Of a DNA stretch of 26,173 nt, positions 1 through 8,665 are shown piece by piece. Under the pieces are notes generated by a model. The model saw nothing but the letters and a program-made list of their open reading frames with translations. It was not told the origin of the DNA and searched no databases. The translations under genes and the position numbers were made by a program. This DNA is from a virus. Lineage: Duplodnaviria; Caudoviricetes. Numbering within the stretch: position 1 is the stretch's first letter; the number at the start of each line of letters is the position of its first letter. The stretch is taken from positions 1-26,173 of IMG/VR virus record IMGVR_UViG_3300042507_002465; one strand, 5' to 3'.

Positions 1-418
1 TGACATTTATCTTGTAAGTGTCGGGTGTTTCACTTCCGTACAGATTAAACAGGCCATTCCATACATATTTACCAGTGTCGGATGTCAGGTTCAGGTATTC
101 CGTGCCGCCATATTCTTCACCAAATTCCACGCTGTATGCAAGGTAGCTGTTATTGCACTTGCTTACCGCTGTCAGGTTTTGGGTGAAATCGTATGTCACA
201 TAGTTTTGCAATATGCGGCTGATGTTGAACACCCCCTTGTCGGTAGTTCCATGAAATATCGGGGCTTTCAGTTTGGCAATGGTCGTGCCTGATGCGTTTT
301 TAATTACCGCAATAAACTTGAAATTTGCCTGTGCGTAGTTGGTCGAAGTGACCACATATGAAACATCCGAATAAACCGGTGCGACATCATTCGGCTCGGT
401 ATTGATTGTAATTGCCAT
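1..418 (-). CDS. Virion structural/tail protein, partial (runs off the window's left edge)
   Basis: ATG at 418 opens MAITINTEPNDVAPVYSDVSYVVTSTNYAQANFKFIAVIK...GVFNISRILQNYV with no stop before the edge. It is preceded by the CTAC late motif and is absent from the ORF track. Confidence 0.7.
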   Translation of the reverse strand, partial: MAITINTEPNDVAPVYSDVSYVVTSTNYAQANFKFIAVIKNASGTTIAKLKAPIFHGTTDKGVFNISRILQNYVTYDFTQNLTAVSKCNNSYLAYSVEFGEEYGGTEYLNLTSDTGKYVWNGLFNLYGSETPDTYKINV

Positions 419-446
419 CTACTTAAAAAAGTAGGTTTTCGCCTAC

Positions 447-1031
447 CTATGTAGTGGCAATTTCACTTGTAACGTATGCAGTTATGGGTTTGCCCAACGC
501 ATCTCCCAAGTGCTGTGCGATTGCATCTATGTTGGCAGGGGTCAGCACATCGTCAATAAAGTTTGCACCCTTGTAACCAAATCTTTTTATCGTTCCTTTG
601 GATGCGATTTTGCGAGATATAGCAATGGCAAATGACCTGACCGCTTCATCCATTGTTTGTCCTTCCTTTGGCTTAACCTTTGCATACACCGTGCGCTTGT
701 TTCTTATCCAATTTTCAAGCGACTGAATGGGTGGTTTGTTTCCGGGCCTTCTGCCTTGGTCAACATACAGATAATATTTTGACATCATAATCGGCACGGT
801 CACTCCGCTTGGTGTTTCAATGAAATCACCCACACCCGTTTCCGCAATCAGGTTACCCGTTGACTTCAATTCCTTTCGCTCCATGTCCTCACGGATGGCA
901 TCAATAATTCTTTGAGCCACTCCAATAACAAGGTCAGCAAGTAATGAATTAGGCATCGGGCTGTCGGGTATGCCGAACTTGTCCAGCAACCCTTTGTTGA
1001 TTGCATCCAGTTGCGCTTTGGTAATGTTCAC
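447..1031 (-). CDS. Putative tail completion/neck protein (HK97 gp10-like)
   Basis: 194 aa; 'STGNL', 'YYLYVDQGRRPG' and 'AFAIA..I..KG'-type motifs of phage morphogenesis proteins; GTG start follows the late motif. Confidence 0.55.
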   Translation of the reverse strand: MNITKAQLDAINKGLLDKFGIPDSPMPNSLLADLVIGVAQRIIDAIREDMERKELKSTGNLIAETGVGDFIETPSGVTVPIMMSKYYLYVDQGRRPGNKPPIQSLENWIRNKRTVYAKVKPKEGQTMDEAVRSFAIAISRKIASKGTIKRFGYKGANFIDDVLTPANIDAIAQHLGDALGKPITAYVTSEIATT

Positions 1032-1044
1032 ATCTATAAAAGTA

Positions 1045-1072
1045 GAAACCCCGACACAATGGCCGGGGCTTC
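1045..1072 (-). terminator. Rho-independent terminator ending the packaging/chaperone operon
   Basis: On the minus strand, GAAGCCCCGGC-CATTGT-GTCGGGGTTTC forms an 11-bp stem (2 G-U pairs) followed by TACTTTT. Confidence 0.65.
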
Positions 1073-1074
1073 AT

Positions 1075-1154
1075 CCGTATGGGATTTGCACCCATGTCCT
1101 CACAAAAGTGAGATGCTACTCAAAGGCAGTATTCATTCCTGCTTACACCAACGG
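1075..1154 (-). ncRNA. Degenerate tRNA-like element
   Basis: T-arm ATGGG-TGCAAAT-CCCAT; D-arm-like TGGTGTAA...GTAGCAT; CTCAC-TTTT-GTGAG arm; 4-bp CCGT/ACGG closing stem. Confidence 0.45.
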
Positions 1155-1164
1155 TATTTCAAAC

Positions 1165-1489
1165 TTACAACATTTCCTGCAAAAGTGCAATCTTGTAAAC
1201 GGTGCTATCTTTGGCAGACTTTGCCGACTGCGCTGCCGTGTTTAATCGTTCAGTCCTTGCCCTGTCTTTTTCTGTTTGAAAACTCACAGCATTGAGGAAC
1301 TCCACAAGCGGCATATTCAAAAAGAAATCCCATTTGGTGCGGTCACCCCCTGCGATGTTGTCCACCATTTTTAACCAGCTGATGGCCGGGCGGTCTTTTC
1401 GTCTGCTATCTTCTTCAACTTCTCCACTTCCTGCTCTAAATATACTTGGGTAGCTTCGAGTAATTCCGGTAAGCATAGAGAAAAAAAAA
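1165..1489 (-). CDS. Tail assembly chaperone, frameshifted C-terminal extension (GT-type)
   Basis: ORF 1165..1476 lies in the -1 frame of 1371..1964 and is open back through the T9 run at 1481-1489. Confidence 0.7.
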
Positions 1490-1964
1490 GCGTGTAGGCA
1501 TAGGCAAATGATATAGGCATACGTTTCCGAAACTGCGCTGCAATCTTTTCAAAGTCATCTGTCTTTACTTCCTTGCGCTTTGGTGGGAATATCCGGTAAG
1601 GCACACACAGGGCTGCCATAATCATGTGCAAGTTCTGCACCCACTTGTCCTTTTCTGCAAACAAGTCCTGGACCATGATAAATTGGTGAGCTTGTAAGTG
1701 GTGCTGATTGGCTGCGAATTTATACAGCGTGTTGCCGATGCGGAAGCTACCCACGTTCTTTGCAGTGGGTAACTCTGCCATAAATGCAAGTTTCGATAGT
1801 GCAGACGTGATGTCCACAATGCGCATCTCCTCGATTGTGTCCAGTTTTTTTCCTGATAAAATGGACAATGTTTTGAGCTGGTTGTCAAACGATGGCTCTG
1901 TCAATAGCTGCAGTTCCTGAAACTGCGCTATGCTTATTTCATTCCAATTCTTTGGTAATTTCAT
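1371..1964 (-). CDS. Tail assembly chaperone (G-type)
   Basis: 197 aa with a 'P..W.EI..' N-terminus and a CTT TTT TTT TCT slippery run leading into an overlapping -1 ORF. Confidence 0.65.
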   Translation of the reverse strand: MKLPKNWNEISIAQFQELQLLTEPSFDNQLKTLSILSGKKLDTIEEMRIVDITSALSKLAFMAELPTAKNVGSFRIGNTLYKFAANQHHLQAHQFIMVQDLFAEKDKWVQNLHMIMAALCVPYRIFPPKRKEVKTDDFEKIAAQFRKRMPISFAYAYTLFFSLCLPELLEATQVYLEQEVEKLKKIADEKTARPSAG

Positions 1965-3148
1965 ATTATTACAAATACTCCTTTCTTATTCTTTTGGCTG
2001 CAATACCGGGCAAGTGCCAAAGCACAAACAGCATCATCGTGCAACCCTGATGGTGCAGAATAACGAAGGCCCGTTGCCGTGTGTTCAAATTCAAAGTTAC
2101 GCATCTCGTCTGCGATTATGCCTTCGGGAAACTTAATAAGCCCAGCGTGAACGTCTGCGGTCAACTGCTCCATCATCTGTTGCTTTGATACCGATGTGAA
2201 CTTAACGCCAACAGAACGTGGACAATGCCGTTGTATTTTCTCCACAATCGGATCACCTACGCCCGTGCTATCGATTGCCGCAGGGGTGTTGCCTACAACC
2301 CTGATGATGTGCTGTTCTGTTTGCGCCCAGTCCTTTTGAAAGCGGTCAAAGTAGCAGACACGATATTCGGAGTCAAGGCCAATGATTACCGTGTAGTCGC
2401 TATACTTCGCCAAATCTATACCATACCACTCAACAGGTGCGGTGGAAATCGGTGCAATACACTGCGAAATGTAGCTCAATCCAAACGGGTTGCTACCATC
2501 TTCGGTTGGTTCGGCCAAATACAGCTCGGAAAATATGTGCTGTGGCAAATCCCTTTTCGCCTGTTCAACTTCTTCTAATTTCAACACCCCTGCATTAACT
2601 GCGTCATAAGCGGTAATCTTAAAAAAGCCGTAGTTCGGCTCACCCATCCTTGCCCGTTCACTCAACTTGTAACCCCAATTCTTTTTGCCTTTTACGTTAC
2701 CGATTAACTTTGCCTTCCCTTCGGTTTTGGTCAGGGTGGAACGCAGGGCAAACCACGCATCTTCCCTGGCCCGTGTGAACTCATCAAACACCGCAGCATA
2801 TACATCATCACCATAAAGGTTGTCTGGCTTGTCTGCTGACTTAAATTCTATTATTCCCCCGGTTGGAAGGGTCAAACGCAACTTGCTTTCATTCACCTTG
2901 AAAAAGTCACGCACGGTCACTTGGTTACGCATTCGCCTGAATGCTATCTCTGCCTGTTGATACACGGGTGCAACCCACCACACCGATTGATTTTCTTTTA
3001 GCTTCAACGCCTGTTCAAACAGCCAAATGATATGACTGGCTGTCTTGCCTACTTTCGTAGCAGCAGCGGTCACGGTGTATCTGTCTGGGCTGTCAAGTAT
3101 AGCCCGTTGGTAATCCGTTACGAATGGCCGGGTGTAGCTAATGTGCAT
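1961..3148 (-). CDS. terL: Terminase large subunit
   Basis: Walker A-like ATKVGKT, Walker B AVFDE, and RNase H-like nuclease motifs GIDLAK..D, IDSTGVG and HDDAVCALALA. Confidence 0.95.
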   Translation of the reverse strand: MHISYTRPFVTDYQRAILDSPDRYTVTAAATKVGKTASHIIWLFEQALKLKENQSVWWVAPVYQQAEIAFRRMRNQVTVRDFFKVNESKLRLTLPTGGIIEFKSADKPDNLYGDDVYAAVFDEFTRAREDAWFALRSTLTKTEGKAKLIGNVKGKKNWGYKLSERARMGEPNYGFFKITAYDAVNAGVLKLEEVEQAKRDLPQHIFSELYLAEPTEDGSNPFGLSYISQCIAPISTAPVEWYGIDLAKYSDYTVIIGLDSEYRVCYFDRFQKDWAQTEQHIIRVVGNTPAAIDSTGVGDPIVEKIQRHCPRSVGVKFTSVSKQQMMEQLTADVHAGLIKFPEGIIADEMRNFEFEHTATGLRYSAPSGLHDDAVCALALARYCSQKNKKGVFVII

Positions 3149-4176
3149 TGATAAAATTCCAGTCTGTCTTTGTTTATAGCTTCCAAGTTGTGGTGTTGGT
3201 TGCAGTAAATTTTATTGGCTTCACCCCTGATTTGGTTTGCAATCGGTTGGCTTTCCATTGCCTGCTTCATGGCTTTATACCACTCATCAGGTGTGTTCAA
3301 ACAGAACTTCACCCCGGCATTGTTCAGGTGTTGCAGGTATGGTTCAACTCCCGATGCGATAACGGGCAACCCATACGCAGCCGCTTCGATTATTTTCAGT
3401 TCGGATTTACAGCTGTTCCACTCGTTCTGCTCCAATGGGGCTAACGCACAATCAAACAAGCGGTAAAAGTTGCCGTATTCGTTTGGCTGCTGTGCATGGC
3501 TGACCAATACCTGGGGCCGAAGCACCGGGTTGTTTCCATTGAACTTGTACAGGATGCTATCCCAAATGTAGTTATTTGCCATCCACCCACACAAAACGAA
3601 GCGGACATTGTCATGTTCGTTGCAGATGCGTTCAATGGCCTCGGATAGTATCATGATGTCATTGCTGTGCGTAAGTCCACCCACCCATCCAAAGGTGAAA
3701 TATTCCCTTTCCTGTGGTGTGGAAAGCCACTGGTCATCTGTCAGGTCAAGTGCATTCGGCAGTACCTGCACATTGCTGTTGTACTTGGATATTTTCTGCG
3801 CCAAATAATCTGTGGTCGTGGTAACTCCGTCTGCATACCGGATGCCGTCAATGATTTGCTGTTTCAGTTTATGCTCTCGGAAATACTTGTAAGTCGGGTG
3901 GTGTTTTGGCAGTACCCAGTAGTCATCGATGTCCACGATGTATTTGATACCGTTCTTTGCCAAATAGTGGAGTATCTCGTAGTGGTTCTCACCCAGCCAC
4001 CTGTTGAAGATGACAAGGTCGTAGTTAGATAAATGCGGTATTCCATTGCGTTCAAAGTTCTGTGATATGCTGACCGTGATGTCATCAGGGTAATCAATTT
4101 GCAATCGTTTCAGGGGTGTATATAGGCGGTGGTATTCAACACCACCCATGCCTTCCCAAAGTGCTAACACTTTCAT
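3118..4176 (-). CDS. Glycosyltransferase (GT-B fold, GT4-like)
   Basis: 'YIVDIDD', 'VLPNALD', 'FGWVGG..H..D', 'APL....N.CKSELKIIEAAAYGLPVIAS'. Confidence 0.9.
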   Translation of the reverse strand: MKVLALWEGMGGVEYHRLYTPLKRLQIDYPDDITVSISQNFERNGIPHLSNYDLVIFNRWLGENHYEILHYLAKNGIKYIVDIDDYWVLPKHHPTYKYFREHKLKQQIIDGIRYADGVTTTTDYLAQKISKYNSNVQVLPNALDLTDDQWLSTPQEREYFTFGWVGGLTHSNDIMILSEAIERICNEHDNVRFVLCGWMANNYIWDSILYKFNGNNPVLRPQVLVSHAQQPNEYGNFYRLFDCALAPLEQNEWNSCKSELKIIEAAAYGLPVIASGVEPYLQHLNNAGVKFCLNTPDEWYKAMKQAMESQPIANQIRGEANKIYCNQHHNLEAINKDRLEFYQCTLATPGHS

Positions 4177-4310
4177 TTCATCATCTCCTTTATTTCTGCA
4201 AACAATGCCCTTATTTCAGGTGACTTGATTTTTAGACAGGCCACTTGTAATTTTATTGTGCGCCTTTCTTTCGTGCGTTTCAGTCGTCTGCGCTGTGCTG
4301 TGTATTTCAT
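4173..4310 (-). CDS. Small basic hypothetical protein (45 aa)
   Basis: MKYTAQRRRLKRTKERRTIKLQVACLKIKSPEIRALFAEIKEMMK fills the gap with ATGA overlaps at both ends; below the ORF-track cutoff. Confidence 0.7.
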   Translation of the reverse strand: MKYTAQRRRLKRTKERRTIKLQVACLKIKSPEIRALFAEIKEMMK

Positions 4311-4498
4311 TCGTATTCCTCTGTAAAATATTCGTATGCGTTCAGGTCATCGTCAATAATGGTGGCGTTAACCGCATCCATAATCTGTTGCCGTTCCATT
4401 TCTTTGGCCTTGTTTATTATTGCAGTTGCCTGTTCAATAGATAAACTTGTTTTCAGGTTTTCAAGTAGCCACTCTACTGCTGTCTGTTTATTGCCCAT
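4307..4498 (-). CDS. Hypothetical phage protein (KQTAVEWL family)
   Basis: 'KQTAVEWL...AKEME..QI.DA' motif, which I recognise as common in Bacteroidota phages; overlaps both neighbours. Confidence 0.75.
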   Translation of the reverse strand: MGNKQTAVEWLLENLKTSLSIEQATAIINKAKEMERQQIMDAVNATIIDDDLNAYEYFTEEYE

Positions 4499-4850
4499 CC
4501 AGATTTAAAGTTATTTTGATTTCGCCTGTGACCGTCTGGTTTACATCGGCCGTTTCCTTTGGTTTGCCATACACCCTTGAAAGCAATGTTTCAATAGAAT
4601 ACAAGCTGCCCTTTTCAAGTGACTTCCGCATAGCATTGGCAATCGTCTTTTCCAGTACCGTTGCTTTGGGGTTCTGCCACACCTCTTTCAGTTCGTCAAG
4701 GTCCATTGACAGCATCGCCTGAATGGTGTCGTTTATTTCGGCTAACTTGTACCCCTGCTCTTTCAGTAGAGTCACGTACTTTTTTGGTCGGCCGTTGGGG
4801 TTGGCAACCTCGCCTTTTTTGAATGGTGTTAAGTTTTGTTCGTTTGCCAT
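4488..4850 (-). CDS. Putative terminase small subunit (DUF5681-like N-terminus)
   Basis: N-terminal 'NLTPFKKGEVANPNGRPK', C-terminal 'LLSRVYGKP'; upstream of terL. Confidence 0.7.
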   Translation of the reverse strand: MANEQNLTPFKKGEVANPNGRPKKYVTLLKEQGYKLAEINDTIQAMLSMDLDELKEVWQNPKATVLEKTIANAMRKSLEKGSLYSIETLLSRVYGKPKETADVNQTVTGEIKITLNLDGQ

Positions 4851-4868
4851 ATCTTCACTATTTGTTCA

Positions 4869-5294
4869 CTATTTTCCACAAGTTGGACACATTTCTTTTT
4901 CTTCGGGTTCATCCTTGATTTCGGGTAGGTCAATGCCCCATGAGATTAACTCCTCTGCATCCCACTCATTTGCCAATTCATCCCAGTTCCACTCACCAAA
5001 AGATACGTTGTCTTTGATTAGAAATTCGTGACGCTGTTTGGCTGTCCACTCGTCTGCTAAAATGATGGGAACTTCTGCCGCCCCGATGTCGCAAAGTGCC
5101 TTATATCTCATGTTACCGCCAAGGATTGTGTAACCCCCAAAATCAGAAGTGACGCAAACCAATGGACGGGCAGTCAGCATTTCAGGAAACTCAATTAAAG
5201 AACGCTTCAATTTGGCGAATTTATCCGCATTGATTGTCCGAGGATTGTTCGGGTTGGGGTGAATATCTATGAGCTTAACCCACTGCATTGACAA
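4869..5294 (-). CDS. ParB N-terminal-like domain protein
   Basis: 'IHPNPNNPR..I....KL..SL..FP', 'ILGGNMRYKA', 'F.IKDN..FGEW'; ends in CPTC. Confidence 0.85.
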   Translation of the reverse strand: MSMQWVKLIDIHPNPNNPRTINADKFAKLKRSLIEFPEMLTARPLVCVTSDFGGYTILGGNMRYKALCDIGAAEVPIILADEWTAKQRHEFLIKDNVSFGEWNWDELANEWDAEELISWGIDLPEIKDEPEEKEMCPTCGK

Positions 5295-6015
5295 ACTCCT
5301 TTGCTTTTTGTTTTACTTCGGGATAGGTTGCAATGACTTTTGCCATGCTTTCATTCATTGCTTTTATGAAGTCCTCACGGGTGTTATCCGACATCGTTAA
5401 AATCGTTTTAACCTCATCATAATCATTCACCACAATACAAGACACATCGGGTTCCAGATAGTCGCTATAACCTAATTCAAATGACTTTTTGTCCATGATT
5501 GGGATTGTTCCGTTCATCATTGATTTCAACACCACGTTGCACAGATATCCCAAATGTTTGAAGTGGACAAGGAATTTGGTCTTTGCCAACATTCCCTGTA
5601 CATCGTGACAGGGATTCTCATCAAGTCCGTAAATAGGAATATTCAGGTTTTTGGTAATTTGATAGTTTACGTAATCCCTTTGTGAATAGTAGTGAATAAT
5701 GGTGACTGCATCCTGTGTTTTTTCCTGTGGTTTTTGCGGCTCAAATACAGGGGGCAAGATAATTGACTCGCCATCCCATTTTTGGGTGGTGTCTTTTGTG
5801 AATGCATATTTAAAACCCAGTGCAGTGATTGCGGAAGTATCTTGCACACATGGGTAAATTATTGTCCTTTGTCGGTCAAGTCTATTGATTTGTGGCACAT
5901 CGGGACAGGCAATGATTTGCGACATATCGGGGAAATCATTACCAATATGCCTTTGTCCGGGACAAAAGAAATTCACCCGTTCGTATTCGTCAATATGCCA
6001 GTCCCAAATTATCAT
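5275..6015 (-). CDS. Putative glycosyltransferase (divergent GT-B C-terminal half)
   Basis: 'LAKTKFLVHFKHLGYLCNVVLKSMMNGTIPI...YL...VSCIVVND' resembles the GT4 'E.FG..vlEAm..G.PV' region. Confidence 0.55.
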   Translation of the reverse strand: MIIWDWHIDEYERVNFFCPGQRHIGNDFPDMSQIIACPDVPQINRLDRQRTIIYPCVQDTSAITALGFKYAFTKDTTQKWDGESIILPPVFEPQKPQEKTQDAVTIIHYYSQRDYVNYQITKNLNIPIYGLDENPCHDVQGMLAKTKFLVHFKHLGYLCNVVLKSMMNGTIPIMDKKSFELGYSDYLEPDVSCIVVNDYDEVKTILTMSDNTREDFIKAMNESMAKVIATYPEVKQKAKEFVNAVG

Positions 6016-6626
6016 GCAGAGTATATTCTTACGTTGCGGTTAATATGATTGTCAGGAACAAAACCAAACTGCGCCATCAAATGGTCAAGCCCGGCATGGC
6101 TGAAAATTGTGCAATGGCCAACCTTTGGCTCAATGTATGCGTCATGTTCGGTCAGCCAATCGGAGAACGAAGTTTCTATCATAATCTTGCTACCGGGGTG
6201 ACAAAACTCTTTTATTTCGGCCAACTCGGCAAATGGTGCGGTCAGGTGTTCTATTACCTCGGTCAGCACAATTACATCATAGTCCTTTTTAAGGGACAAA
6301 ACATCAGCATAATATCCGTTATAAGGGTCATAACCATCACAGTCAAGTCCAGCATCATGCATGAATGTAACCATCAAACCAGTGCCACAACCGTAATCCA
6401 AAATCGTTGGGTTTGTCTTGCCTGATATTTGCCTGATGCGGTCTAACCGGGTTTGGTTTAACTCATCGCTGTTGCGAGTATCTTCATTTCCACCGCCCAC
6501 CATGCCTGATTGGTCAAGTTTTTTGCAGAAGATGTTTAACAAGTCATCTGTGTAGTATTGCACACCACTTTTGATGAATGCCTTTTTAGCTACCTTCCCG
6601 GTAATGGGTGATTTAGTTTTGCTCAT
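6012..6626 (-). CDS. Class I SAM-dependent methyltransferase (Methyltransf_23-like)
   Basis: ILDYGCGTG motif I, 'GYDPY', 'YDVIVLTEVIEHL', 'GHCTIFS'. Confidence 0.9.
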   Translation of the reverse strand: MSKTKSPITGKVAKKAFIKSGVQYYTDDLLNIFCKKLDQSGMVGGGNEDTRNSDELNQTRLDRIRQISGKTNPTILDYGCGTGLMVTFMHDAGLDCDGYDPYNGYYADVLSLKKDYDVIVLTEVIEHLTAPFAELAEIKEFCHPGSKIMIETSFSDWLTEHDAYIEPKVGHCTIFSHAGLDHLMAQFGFVPDNHINRNVRIYSA

Positions 6627-7374
6627 ATTTTGATTTTAATATCTGGGTCAGGTTCATAATTGTCCAAGCACCAAACCCATTATCACCCGTTGGGATTACG
6701 TTGTGCGCAGTCGGGCAGATTTCAACAACACGTGGGTGCTTCATTACCTCGGCTATTGCATACGCCATTGACTGATTGCCGACAAATAACTCACAGCCCT
6801 TTATGATGCCACACAATTCCGCAAAGTCTTTCACTTGGATGTGAGAAATGTCGGGCAGCTTGGCTGAAATTACCCGGTATTCATCGGCAAGTCCTACAAA
6901 TTTAATCTTGTCCTGATACCTGCGAAGGATGGAATAATCAAAAGTCGGGTTGTGATACCGGGCTGTGCGGTTCAAAATGATTTGGTGGTTGCCTAATTGC
7001 CACACATCAAAGTGTATCGGCTCGGCAAGATTGCAGGTAAGTTCAGGGTAAATGTGAAAATACCACTGGCTGATGTGGCCTGTGTAATTGTGGAACTTGC
7101 GGAATAGGTTGAAATTGTAATCGCATTTTGCGGCTTCATCCGTGATTGTGCATTTGCCGATAAAGTCGGTGGACATCAGCAACGGAACGAGCATCTGTGC
7201 CATCTTTAAATTCATCTGCACCTTGCCCATCGGGTGATTGAAATTGTATTGTGCAGGTACATCCACCTGTAAATATAAGTGAACCTTGCTATCGTGCAAC
7301 CGGGATGCTGCTCTCATTGCCGGTAGTGAGTAAATCAAATCCCCTGCGTTACCGCCATGAATAATACTAACCAT
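6613..7374 (-). CDS. GT9 (ADP-heptose:LPS heptosyltransferase)-like glycosyltransferase
   Basis: N-terminal 'GNAGDLIYSLPAMR' and C-terminal 'ELCGIIKGCELFVGNQSMAYAIAE....P' match GT9 motifs (GD....P; L...I..A..FVGNDS...H.A). Confidence 0.8.
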   Translation of the reverse strand: MVSIIHGGNAGDLIYSLPAMRAASRLHDSKVHLYLQVDVPAQYNFNHPMGKVQMNLKMAQMLVPLLMSTDFIGKCTITDEAAKCDYNFNLFRKFHNYTGHISQWYFHIYPELTCNLAEPIHFDVWQLGNHQIILNRTARYHNPTFDYSILRRYQDKIKFVGLADEYRVISAKLPDISHIQVKDFAELCGIIKGCELFVGNQSMAYAIAEVMKHPRVVEICPTAHNVIPTGDNGFGAWTIMNLTQILKSKYEQN

Positions 7375-7573
7375 TTAAGGCCTCCCGATATAACTTTTTC
7401 AAGGTGTCAAACATACAACTGCGACAAGCTGGGAATGGTTGGCCGTACAACTGCCTATGTACCTCGTTCAGTTTGGCATAGTACCCAGCTTCAAGTGAGT
7501 ATGTGCCGGTCTTGTTGATCCGTTCGATGTGCGGTTTCAGGTCAAGGCAAAGACTGCGTTGTTCAGGTGTCAT
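7367..7573 (-). CDS. Hypothetical protein with CxxC
   Basis: Likely start MTPEQR at 7573 (ATGA overlap); contains CRSC. Confidence 0.7.
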   Translation of the reverse strand: MTPEQRSLCLDLKPHIERINKTGTYSLEAGYYAKLNEVHRQLYGQPFPACRSCMFDTLKKLYREALNG

Positions 7574-7656
7574 ATTTTGGTCATTATGTAGTAACACAAA
7601 AAGGGTAAAAGCACACCAAGTGCAATTCCAATCCCTGCTATTTCAATTAGTGTCAT
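7570..7656 (-). CDS. 28-aa single-pass membrane peptide
   Basis: MTLIEIAGIGIALGVLLPFLCYYIMTKI; ATGA overlaps with both neighbours. Confidence 0.55.
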   Translation of the reverse strand: MTLIEIAGIGIALGVLLPFLCYYIMTKI

Positions 7657-7907
7657 AGGTATCGGTCAATTAATGCTCCAAAGATAGCACATAATGCACC
7701 ATAAATTATACCATACAATCCAAATTGAACGGTAAACCAAGTAAGGCCCACCCACCAAGACAGGCAGAAACCGCATTCAAATGGTTTGATTGTCTTGCGG
7801 TATCGGCTGTCCAGCGCATAGACAAATGAAATCATCGGTGGGAAAAAGTACCGGGATAGCAGGACACAAAGTGCCGCCACTCCCACAATGTCAGTCATCG
7901 TATTCAT
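7653..7907 (-). CDS. Small membrane protein, DUF1360-like
   Basis: Hydrophobic segments and a 'KPFECGFCLSWW' CxxC..W motif. Confidence 0.65.
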   Translation of the reverse strand: MNTMTDIVGVAALCVLLSRYFFPPMISFVYALDSRYRKTIKPFECGFCLSWWVGLTWFTVQFGLYGIIYGALCAIFGALIDRYL

Positions 7908-8424
7908 TATATTTTTCTTTGATTTGTGTTTTGATTGCGTTGATTATTTGGCTTATCTCTCGGTAGTTTATTTTGGTGTCACGGGCTATCATTGCCATGC
8001 TTTGTTTGTCTTCCCATAGCTGCCACAACTTTACCACATACCACTCACTTCGGTTAAAATGGTTTGCCACCTCTTTGAAGTTAACTGACTCCACGGCTTC
8101 CTGTTTGCGCCTGATGTGAGTTTCGTCATAATCTTCGGCTTCCTCATCGTAATTTTCGGGCAGTGTTTCTGTGGTGCGCAGGAAGTCACGGTAAAACTTT
8201 GTGTAACGATTGCCGTTTACCGCATTGCACCCCACCCTTACTAAATAGTATACAAGTCCATTGTTTTGGTGCAGTTGTATCAGGCGGTCGGCATCCATTT
8301 CACAGCAGATAAGTAGAAGGTGTTGTTGTAGGTCGGCAGCAACATGGCTTCCAATTTTATTGCAGAAGTCAGGCAGCCACTTGGAGTTGGCAAGTTCAAT
8401 CAGTATCTCTGTGCGCTTGTTCAA
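7891..8424 (-). CDS. Phage-encoded sigma70/ECF-like transcription factor
   Basis: Region-2-like 'AADLQQHLLL...YYLVRVGCN' and region-4 HTH 'SMAMIARDTKINYREISQIINAIKTQIK'. Start is uncertain; TTG at 8424 is preferred over 8487 because it reduces overlap with the HNH gene. Confidence 0.6.
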   Translation of the reverse strand: MNKRTEILIELANSKWLPDFCNKIGSHVAADLQQHLLLICCEMDADRLIQLHQNNGLVYYLVRVGCNAVNGNRYTKFYRDFLRTTETLPENYDEEAEDYDETHIRRKQEAVESVNFKEVANHFNRSEWYVVKLWQLWEDKQSMAMIARDTKINYREISQIINAIKTQIKEKYNEYDD

Positions 8425-8665
8425 GTTTAAGGGCGTGAACTTTTTTGAGCCAATCTTTGAATGACTTGTTATCCCCATACCGGGCATGGTCTTTTCTACA
8501 TAACGCCATCAGGTTTTCAATCACATCAGCGTGTTTGCTTCCACCCATGCCACGTGCTTCAATGTGGTGAATGTCCACAGCTTGTGCGCCACATACCTCG
8601 CAAGGGATGAAATCACTTTTATCATAGCCGAAATGGTCAAGGTAAACTTTGGTGTGTTTTTTCAC
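8396..8665 (-). CDS. HNH endonuclease
   Basis: CEVC...DIHHI...NLMALCRKDH. Confidence 0.9.
   Translation of the reverse strand: MKKHTKVYLDHFGYDKSDFIPCEVCGAQAVDIHHIEARGMGGSKHADVIENLMALCRKDHARYGDNKSFKDWLKKVHALKLEQAHRDTD

Noticed and set aside
970-8464. Numerous plus-strand ORFs opposite the leftward operon
   Set aside because: They are antisense shadows of well-supported, tightly coupled minus-strand genes and show no recognisable motifs.
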